Assembly (NCBI GenBank): GCA_020891255.1
Contig: BQFW01000003.1
Coordinates: forward strand, 744,001 to 808,000
Reading direction: 5' to 3'
Length of the DNA: 64,000 nt
Source of the DNA: Entomortierella parvispora E1425
Taxonomy: Eukaryota > Fungi > Mortierellomycota
The notes beneath the pieces are model-generated. The model saw nothing but the letters and a program-made list of their open reading frames with translations, was not told the origin of the DNA and did no database searches. Position numbers and translations under genes: made by a program. Below, in pieces: positions 54,454 through 64,000 of the stretch (position 1 is its first letter; each line of letters begins with the position of its first letter).

Positions 54454-55238
54454 GGTGTCTTTGGTCTGAGTAGAGTAGAGGATAGAGACAGTGAAGAAAG
54501 AAAGGAAGGAAGGAAAGAGAAGGAGCAGAAAAGAGAAAAGAAAAGAAGCAGAGGGTAGGGTGACAAGAGAACAGAGTGTGGGAATGAAAGAATGAATGAA
54601 ATGAATGAAAGAATAAAAGAAAGAAAGATGAGGCAGTGTCCAAGTCAAAGTCGTGTCAAGGACCCAGAAAGAAAGAAGCGAAAAGAAAAAAAAAAAAAAA
54701 AAAAAAAAAAAGGCACGCGTCCCATCCCATCGCATCGCATCAGTCCCCCTTGCCTTCCCTTCCCCGAGACAAGAAGGACACACGGGCAGGGCAGCCAGAT
54801 AACGCCACCAATTTTTGTGGCTCCTGCTGACGTCGCTCGCTGTCGCAGTCACGTTTCTCTCTCCTTGGGCTGATTCCAGCAGGGGACACGTCCACGTCCA
54901 CTTCCCAAGAGAGGCGTGCTTTGCCCAGTTGTGTGTCCTGTCCTGTCCTTGTCCTGTCCTTGCCCTGTCCTTGCCCTGTCCTCCCTTTGGGCGTCCCACC
55001 TGCGTTTCTTGTGTCCCTTTGTGTCTCTTTGCGTCTCTTGCATCCCTTTCGTCTCTTGCATCCCCCTTCTCTCATTGGCGTCCTTCTCATTCCTTCCTGC
55101 TCGTACTCTTTCATCACTTTGTTTTTCTCCTTGCTGTGCTTTGCTGCACACTCCTCCACTCGCTCATTCACTCTCCCGACTGCACCCACCGCGCTTTCTC
55201 TCAAACGACCCAACCACGGCCAAGGAACAAAAACACGT

Positions 55239-58200
55239 ATGGATATGGATATGGCCATGGCTACCTCCACATCCGATATCAACCTCGACAACTGGGAGCA
55301 TTACACCCCAGAGACCACGCTGCCAGCTCTCGTCGACAACCAAGGGCATCTTTTGACTGCTCTCGCTCTTGGTCTCAAGGGCTCTACCCCACACCGTTGG
55401 CTCGTCGATCTGGCCTTCCACGAGATCGGACTCAACCCACACGGCCACGTCTTTTACCATCAAAACCCCCCACCAGAAGCCAAAGAGGATATCGACACCC
55501 CTTTGAGCATCTGCTGCCAGACCTGCTTCAAACTTTACACCGTCTATATCAACAGGGGCGACGTCTGCGGAGGCCAAACGCACCACCTGCACACCAAATT
55601 CTCCGAAGACTCGGTCGTCTCGGAATGCTGCCACTGCGGTCTGCAGATCACGGCCTCGCTTGAAACTCCTGCCCTTCCTCAGAGTCTTCTCTACCGCATC
55701 CGGACAGCACGACAGCCCAAAGTCTCTTCATTGACGAACGCGCCGTTCTTTGTGGACACGCTGGAGACCTTGATCCGGATACTGCAAGGGGCTGCTCAAC
55801 CAGAGAAACCTGGTGTACCAAACTCCATTAATACAGGGTCAAAGGCATTCACCAACAAAGTCTCCCTTGACAACGACATGTAAAGAAAAGAGTAGAGTAG
55901 CATGACTCGCCTCACAACGGAGATTTTTATACTGGGTTCTTGTCACTAATACCTTCGTGTCATCCTTTTGAATTCTGGTAGAAAAGAGTTTTTTCGTCTT
56001 ACTGGATTCACGTTTTCGGACAATCGATTTCATCCTCCAGAGCGTTCAGTGGCAACACTCGAGCTGTTGAGTCGTGCCACCATGCAAATGCAGTTGCTAC
56101 TGTCCCAAGAAAAGTCAACCGCTTTGACAGGTACTGTTTGTTGTGTTATTGTAAAACGGACGTCAAACATGTTCCTGAGTTGTGCTCATTTTTCAGGGCC
56201 ATCATTAACGAATAGTTTGTGCTCTGTCAGGCCTGACAACTGCTTTTCAAGCAATACTGAGTCGAATGGACGTAGCGAATTGTAAGTGTCTGGGACAAAG
56301 AACAAAAATGGCAGAATCGACCAATTTGCAGATGTGTACCGAGAACCTACGCTGCCCCTTCTTGCCTGCTCACACTGTTCATACTCTATTGTTGGTAGAT
56401 TTCACGTATGAGGGAATGAAAAAAGTGGACCTTGCTAGTAAACCTCAGCTGATGAAAGAGCGCGATTCCGCCCTCGGCAAGCTTGGATGTCTCAGCAGTA
56501 TGGACGACGACTTGGTCCTGGATGCGCTTCAATCTCAGATTGACCATGATGTCACCAAAGCTCACATCCTGGTCGATGCCCTTCTCGAGATCCAACAGAC
56601 CCGAAAGAGCGAACGTCTGGATTTTGAGATTGTCCGTTTACGGTCTGAACATATCGTCTCCACCACCGAATTGAGGGCTGCCTACAGAGACTTTGAGATT
56701 GGTGAGAGTGGGGACGGGATCAGTACCGAGGTCTTGATCGGCCTACTCAGGGCTTCCTTACATACTGCCACCTTTTCGAATCTGGAGATCATTGTAAAGT
56801 CAAGAAAGGACCTGGAGCTGGGTCAGATCTTGGAGAGCCCATACATGCCTCTGGAGGATATACCGCAAGAGGATCCTATCTTGGACATGTACTACGCTCA
56901 GAATCCGGTTGGACTGGCCAATATCGGCAACACATGTTATCTGAATTCACTTCTTCAGTACATCTACACCATCAAGGAGATTCGGGAGACAGTCTTGAAC
57001 ATGGACGCCTATGTCGAGAACGAAGATGATCCAAACTGGAAGGAAAAGGTCATTGATGGTCGTACTCTGAGTCGTCAGGACGTTGCAGAGGTCAAAGAAA
57101 GTATGTTGTTTTGTTGACAGCATTGTGAACAAAGTGGGATGAACATGGATTGACTCTTCCCTTTTTTACCCGTTCTAGTTGTTTTCGAGCTCAAAAAGTT
57201 ATTCACACTCATGCAGACAGCCAAGGCTCGATCCGTCACGCCCTCTGCGAGACTGGTGGAGCTCCTCCTTTCGACGGGCAAGGACGGTCTGACAGATGCG
57301 AGTGGCACACGGAATCCTGGCCAATTTTTCGAACAGCAGGATGTGTCAGGTGAGCGAAGGCTATTATGAAAAAGCGCTTGTCGTTCAGCTGCGTTTGACT
57401 TGTATTCTAGAGTAATATTGACCCTTTATTTTTTTTTTTCTTCGACCGATGCTACTTATTAGAAACTATGTCGATCTTGATGTATAGACTGAATGCTGCC
57501 TTTCAACCCATCACTGCAGAAGAGGGTGGCAGTTCGATTGATAGATTCTACAAGTAAGACTGACCTTCTCATGATCTATGCTCCCTGTCTTCCCTCGATC
57601 GCTTTGTTCTTAATAATGAATTAATGATTGTCAACATCCTAACTAATTTCTTGATACGACTTTCTTCTTCTTAGATTATTCTATGCCAAGGCCAGCAGGA
57701 GAGCCTCACACGATAAAAAGCACTCGGCAGGAGGTAGTTCGCAGGAACGAATAACTGAAGACTTCAATACGCTCTTGCTGAACGTTCAAGAGGATACCAC
57801 GATGGAGGAACTTGTGGATGGCTATTTCGATGCAGGACATCAACACCCCCCACCACAAAGTCCCCTCGGCAGCCAGAGCAGCAGCAGCAGAGTCCATATA
57901 CCAAGGGACCTGATCGATTCCTCCCAGGGCAACGATATCACCGTCACAGAGCTTCCACCCATCCTTCATATTCATCTGATGAGAACCCAGTTTGACCGCA
58001 TCGACAAAAGATCCTTCAAGTCCAACGCCAAGGTCTCGATCCCAAAACGACTTTATTTGGATCAGTACCTCGAGTCGTTTCATACGGGGGATGAGACTCG
58101 GGTGAAAAGAATCCGACTCTGGAAAGAGGAGCGCTCTCAACACCACAAAGTATTGGACAGTTTGTTGGCAGAGAAGAAGTCCTTGGCGATGGAAATTGAT

Positions 58201-58715
58201 CATTCTCACCCGACTAAAGAAAACACACCGGGAGAGACATTGTATTCTATTGAGGAGGATGGAGCTAGTGAGGACAACTCGACACTACTGAGCAGCGATG
58301 CGCCAGAGGCGACCATGTCTGTACCGGATGACAGGGAAAACGAGCTTGATGCTCTTGAAGCAAAAAAGAAAGGTACCCCATTACAAGAATCTGACAACGA
58401 AGCCATTTACGAGACCATGTACTAAGTGTTATTGTCCTTTTTTTCTCTCCAGAACAACTCGAGAAGATTGAAAGACTGAATAGGAGAATTCAAGACGAGG
58501 TCAAGGACTTGGCTTCGGCAGAGTACAAAATCCATGCGGTGTTTCATCATGAGGGCGGAGTCAACTTTGGGCACTACTGGGTCTACATTCTCGATGAATC
58601 TTCCAACAATTCTTCTTCAGAGGGTCCTTCTGATCATGAGCAACAACCTCGCTGGCTCAAGTACAGTGACGATGTTGTGTCAGAAGTCGGAAAAGTAAGT
58701 TCTCTTCCCTTTGAT

Positions 58716-58749
<34 letters not shown>

Positions 58750-58909
58750 GAATACTGACGCCTGACCACCTTTGACGATGGATGAGATTTTCTAGGCGCA
58801 AGAGGACGAAGTGTTCAATGGCTTGGAAGGATCCACGGCCTGCTTTTGTGTCTATGTTCGTAACAATGCACTAGATGTTGTCCAGACTATTGCACGGTCC
58901 ATCGCGTAG
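55239..58909 (+). CDS. UBP2: Ubiquitin carboxyl-terminal hydrolase, Ubp2-like (N-terminal Cys/His-rich and PUB-like regions)
   Basis: Cys box [39 protein letters not shown], His box [22 protein letters not shown], and [10 protein letters not shown]-terminal CCQTC..HHLH..ECCHC. Confidence 0.9.
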
Positions 58910-59829
58910 GGCCCCCACAGCTGCTTCTCGGTGCCGTCATTCTCACCATTGGTCCAACACGTAATAAACATGGTGCAGCGACCAAGATCCTATTCGTATT
59001 CAATAAAACATAAAAATGAAAAGGCAATGGTCGCGTTCTCGAGCGACAAACTCAAAGGCATTCAGTCATTCGTAATTCGATGGATGCTAGCTTCAGAGCC
59101 ACTGCCTGCCCAAGCAGATCCCAAAAATACCAAACTATCCAAATAAAGTGTTGCTCGTAGCCTTCAAAAAACGAGGCAAGGCGCTGAATTGTCGTCTCTG
59201 CACGACGGCCCCAGGTTTCCAGACGACTTTTGGGCGTCTTCCTGCTCATACTTTCAATGCGAAAACAGCTGTCCATGATTTGAATATTACCGGTTTCTCT
59301 TCTCTGAGGGCACTTCAGTTATGTTCATGACCAGTTTGATGTAAATGAAAGAAAACTACGGGACTATGAGTTGACTAGCCACTTGCTTGAAAGTCGCCGC
59401 ACCGATTCGCGATAAAAGGATTGCCGCTTGCGTAAGGTAAGCTCGGACCAACAGCTGTACGCAAGACTTCAATCCCTCTATTTGAGTGTATCTTCCGCAC
59501 GCGTGTAATTTGAATTGCAGCGCTGAAAAAAATGGATCGTTACTTGGGATTGGATTTAACGATTCTTTATTTCCAGCCCCTACTTCAAAGGTCTTGACGC
59601 GCATTTGTTTGACCGCTGCAATCATTTTCCAACCACTTGCCACTCCCACTTCTCTTCATGCACCTCTACATTCACCGCACATTACCCTTATTCCAGCTGC
59701 CACTGTTTATATTGCAGAACAAGGTAACTATAATTGTTCGCCACGAGCGCGATGTCGAGTAGATTCATGAGAAAATCACCCAATCTTCCCTCAAGCTCTT
59801 GCTGCTCCGCTCTCATGAACTCTACAAAT

Positions 59830-60175
59830 CCTAATGTGCCATCGGGCTGCAGGAGAAGACATCTAGATGTACTGTTGTCGTCCGGGCAGGTACATCCCGC
59901 TCGTGATTTATATATCGCGTTGGCTGTTTCGTATTTTTTTTTTTTTTTTTTTTTTTTTTGGATTTGAGATCAAGTGTGCTTGGTAGGGGTGTGACGAGAA
60001 TGCTATTATTTTCTCTGTTGCTACACTCCTGATGTGCCACCGGGCTGCGGGAGGGTTTGACAAGAATGTTGCCAGCTTCTCTGATCCTTGTACTCCTGAT
60101 GTGTCAACCGGGCTGCAGGAGATGCCACCTTTGTGCACTGTTGTCGTCCCGGCAGGTGCATCACAGGTGTAGCAT
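59830..60175. repeat. Three degenerate direct copies of a tgatgtgcca(c)cgggctgcagg..ctgttgtcgtccgggcagg unit
   Basis: Copies start at ~59832, ~60027 (truncated) and ~60093. Confidence 0.8.
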
Positions 60176-60929
60176 CGAGTGGACTACTGTCACCGGACAG
60201 TTACACTCGCGAGGTTTGAATGTTTGCGTGAGTGTTGCAGTAGATTAATGTAGATCATCTCCCTTGCTTGGGGACTCTAGATCACCTGAGAAGCACTGCA
60301 CTCGAACATCAGTGCGCCATGTCTGCAAGAATGAGGGCGAGGCACGCAGGGTGGTTTGGCTGCGGGACAGGAGGTATTTGGGGAGGTGACAGGCAGAGGC
60401 ACATCGGACAGGCGACGCACTTGGGAACGGGCAAGGGGAGCCATCGTAGGCGAGATCAATGAGGAAAAAAAGGAACAAGAAGTCAATGTAAAGGAACGCC
60501 CAGTATATGGGAGAGCTTGACATGCAAACTGGAAAAGTGGAAGGAAATAGTTGAGTTGGGAACCACTGCAAGCCAGCAAAGCAGTCAGGAAGAAGGTCTT
60601 TGCCCATTTCGCATGCTGAAGAGGATGCCTTTTCGAAGAGATGCCTTTGGTGTGAGATCCAGCTTTTACCCTATAGAACAGAGGGTCATTTTTGAACGAG
60701 AGGAATCAAGGATAGTGGAGAGAGAGACACAAAACATGGTCAATACTGTTTGGGTATCTCGAGATGAAGGCCAAATGCTGGGTTTGGTGATTTCTAAACG
60801 ATGGCTGCAACAGCCTGCTTGGAGGTATTCTATGGTGAAAAACAAATGGTGCGGTCCTTAAAGTTCAGTAGCCTGTGGCTCTCGATGCACATCTTCAAGA
60901 AACCGTTCCAGGACTTTTAGACTTGTAGC

Positions 60930-61104
60930 TCTCCTGCATCCTCGGTTCCCAAAATGACCATCTTTCGACGGAGGTTGACAGCGACTGAGGTGGCGAATCA
61001 ACATGAGTCGTTTGAAGAGCGAGTGGCAAGCACGCGCACAGACCTCACGGATCTTGATTCTGCAGATCCCCAAAAAAAATGGACGTGCCTGAAACTGATC
61101 TTAC
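60930..61104 (-). pseudogene. PCK1 pseudogene fragment (intron remnant plus pieces of exon 2)
   Basis: The minus strand reads GTAAGA..TTTTTGGGGATCTGCAG|AATCAAGATCCGTGAGGTCTGTGCGCGTGC.., translating as RIKIREVCARACHSLF against PCK1 [16 protein letters not shown]. It then jumps to the [14 protein letters not shown] region with a frameshift. Confidence 0.9.
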
Positions 61105-61548
61105 CTTTCATTCTCCCTTTCATTGTCCACGAATCATGAATCTCTGCCAGTTTGTTTTCCTTTTCTTTTGGGAGGAGGACGGTGAACGTGGCTCTTTTCC
61201 TGCAAATCACTGCATCGTATCATTTCCACCGTTAACAGACCATTGCAGCACAATAACAAATAGGCCTCCTTGCCAGGTTTTCTGGAGGGAGGAGTGCTGA
61301 GAGCATCGGAAAGCGGACGAGAGTACATCATTAGAGCCCACAGATAGGTGCAGGATCGATCTTACGCGTTTGCCCTGTCTTGGCCTTTCCATTTTCACAA
61401 GGGTCCAAAGAGGGGTTCCTTATCCTTTGTCCAGATTCTCTTTAGCATCACTTTCAAAGGGCGTGTTCCTTCAGATATGGCAATAAAGTTTTTCTTTCTT
61501 TCTTTTTATTCTATTGTGCTTTAATCTCTCGAATCCAGTGTACTTCAT

Positions 61549-64000
61549 TTACGCACTGGCAATGCTTCCATTCAGCGTAAACCATTGACTACGGCACTCG
61601 ACAGCCTCTCTTCTGACAAGGCGCTTCCTGTCATCCAAGGATTTCTCCAACTCCTTCAACACCTGTGACTTGTAAGGGCGAAGGGCAGTGAATGGCAAGG
61701 ACTTTGGCTGGGCACCCAAGCACTTGAGAGCCGCCATCCTGACCTTCATTGTGTTGGCAGGATCTTGAGCGCTGGTCAGACTGATGAGGAGGGGTGTCAA
61801 GGTCGAAAGGTGGTCCGCCATCAATCCAGGAGCATCCTTGGTAATGATCTGGAATGTCTCGATCGTCGATGACTTGAGCTCTGGGTCGGGGAACGACAGC
61901 GAGTGAACAAGCATTGGCAGCAGCTAAATTTACAGAAGAAATCAGTGTCAATGGATTTTTTGTGGCACAGTCGAGGAACCGATCCCTTTTTTTTAAAGAC
62001 TTACAGGTGGAAGCTCAGTCAAGAGAACTTGCTTGGGGATATTCCTCAAGACATGCGAGAGGGCAATCAAGAAGTTATGACGCACTTCATCCTTTGAACT
62101 CTCAAAGCCCTTGACAAGGACAGGGATACAGTAGTTGAAGAACCTTTGCTTGTACAAGAGCTAGAAATTGCAGAAATTTAAAATCAAAGAACGCGGTCAG
62201 ATCTAAAAAAAATGATATGAGAAAGCGAGAAAAAAAGAGGTGATAGTTTCAACTTACGCGAAGGACAGCAAAGGTTTCCTTGGTCAACACATCACGCTGC
62301 TCGCCAATGACAAGGTTGAAGCCATCCGCTGCAATCTTGCCCAACCTTGGTACTGCGAAGATGTTCATCAACTCGCCCGTCATGTCATAGCCGAGGCTGT
62401 TGGTGCTCAACACCAAGGCCTTGGTGATCCAGGTGTACATGATCAAAGCAGCCTCGCGGGCCTCGAAGGAGGCCTGCTCCTGTCGAATGATCAAATGAAG
62501 CTCTGGGATTAAGGTCTGACCAATGAACGACTCGAGCACATTGGCCTTGTTATACTTGTTGAGAATAGTCGCCACAGCCTTGGACAAAGCCGTGCGTTGG
62601 GTAACATTGGCAGTCTTGATCGCCACCTCAACCAAAGAGCCTGTGAACTGCTGGAGATTTTCGACGGGCAATGTTGTTTGCTGACGGCAGCCATCAATAA
62701 CAGTGGAAAAAAGGGTAGCGGTGTTTTGTTGAGAGACTCTGCCAATCGCGCTCAATGGACTAAAGGCGACATCGCCTGCGTTTGCCTGGTAGGCTGGTAC
62801 GATGGCGAGGTCTCCGTGGACAAAGATATTGAAAATGGACTTCACAAACTCGTTTTGGGCGCTAATTAGGTTAATTGGCAATAAAAGTCAGAAACGAGCA
62901 AGTATTCCGCTTTTTGAAAACATCTCCACATTGAAGTATACAAAAAACACTTACGCAGTTTCGACATGAACCATCACCACACGGGTAATGCCAGCAACGA
63001 CCTCCAGGATTTCTGCATTCTTCATGATATGGTCGGCATCATCCTGAGTCAAGGTTGGTGCAATGCACTTGCCGATCAGCTGTGGGACCAAGTTGCTCAA
63101 ATATTGCGGGAGATCAGCATGCTTGCGCTCGGCCTTGGATCGGAGAAGAACCAAGAGTGTTGTAAGCAAGGCAATGGGGTAAGTGGTGCTGGATCCGTTA
63201 AAGTCGGCAGAAACCTGGTCAATCTTTTCCAGAACCTGGGGCACAACATCGGCAAAGAGTGTAGGTTCCATGCCGATCTTGGTCACAGCGTTCAGAATAT
63301 ACTCGGGGCTCTTTCGTTGCACAACAGTGTCGACCTCCATGTCGTTCTGAGTGGTGGGGAGCATCTCAAAGAAAGCGGGCAAAGCCATCGATCGGACAAC
63401 CCCTGGCATGATCAAAGCCAATGAGGCCAAAGACTCCAATGCAGTCTCCCTACGATTGTGAGCACATTTTAGTACTGAATAACGACAAAAAGCAAAGCGG
63501 AGCAAACTCCCAAGTTCTTACTGCAACTCTGAGTCTGGATCCTCCAGGACGATACGAACAAAATATTGAACGGCGTATGAAATCTCTGTCTCTGAGAGGA
63601 ACTCGCGGAGCAAAATCATTCCATGCAGGCCCTTCACTCCAGCAAGTCTCAACGCGTTGTACTCGTTCGATGAAAGGAGAGCATTGGTGAAAAGCTCAAA
63701 GAAGCGATCCTTAAACGTCAAAAGAGGGGTAACAAAGTCGGAATCGTCTAAATATTTTTAAAGTGTCCCAATACAGATTCATGTTAGTTTGAGGGACCGG
63801 CACCCAAGATATCCAGCAACTCGATGGACTTACGTTCGGTGGGCTGTCCAGCGGTTCCATAGAGCACACGACTCGCCTCCAAAAAGTCGAGGAGGACATC
63901 CAGCAACGCCTTCTTCCGCGTGGATTGTTCGCTGGTTGTATACTGGGAGAGGAGAGTGGGGATCGTCGCAAGGGTAATCGCAGTGCAAGCAGGATCTATG
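61549..64000 (-). CDS. MMS19: MMS19/Met18 cytosolic Fe-S assembly scaffold, 3' part (5' end outside the window)
   Basis: HEAT-repeat exons ending KVRMAALKCL..LRPYKSQVLKELEKSLDDRKRLVRREAVECRSQWFTL, the MMS19 C-terminal signature. Confidence 0.9.

Larger units (their letters stand above)
58928..61453 (-). repeat. Inverted, circularly permuted, deleted copy of ~38148-44022
   Basis: Reverse-complement matches by eye: 58928-59145 to 43530-43285; 59250-59440 to 42340-42160; 60557-60790 to 39808-39590; 60930-61104 to 38475-38148; 61105-61453 to 44022-43555. Confidence 0.85.

Noticed and set aside
58928-61453. Transposon or RIP explanation for the duplicated block
   Set aside because: I saw no terminal inverted repeats, LTRs, target-site duplication or transposase remnants. 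The content is host gene and intergenic DNA, and mismatches in the blocks inspected go in both directions without a strong C-to-T bias.

Overview
Intron-rich fungal nuclear DNA with GT-AG introns, CT-rich 5' flanks and many microsatellites and poly-T tracts. Retention of an E2F/DP-family gene points to an early-diverging fungus; a Mortierella-like host is my inference. About 17 spliced genes can be supported: an AT-hook/Zn2Cys6 factor (partial), a CAMK-group kinase, a DP-type transcription factor, PXMP4, a septin-like/ankyrin fusion, a stand-alone PLDc_N microprotein, PFK2/FBPase2, PAAF1/Rpn14, an S1/P1 nuclease, an LMBR1-family protein, a GH18 chitinase, PCK1, a small secreted Cys protein, a conserved hypothetical, CAND1, a Ubp2-like USP and MMS19 (partial). 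Two things stand out. First, the ~2.5 kb gap between UBP2 and MMS19 (58.9-61.5 kb) is a decayed, inverted and circularly permuted copy of the ~38.15-44.02 kb segment (PCK1 intron to downstream intergenic DNA). Its two ends map within ~25 bp of each other at a G-quadruplex motif, as expected for reintegration of a DNA circle. Second, one 6-exon ORF (~821 aa) fuses a septin-like GTPase domain with degenerate G1/G3 motifs to ankyrin repeats. All alignments and splice models were done by eye, so boundaries are approximate. No tRNA, rRNA, CRISPR array or transposase was recognised.
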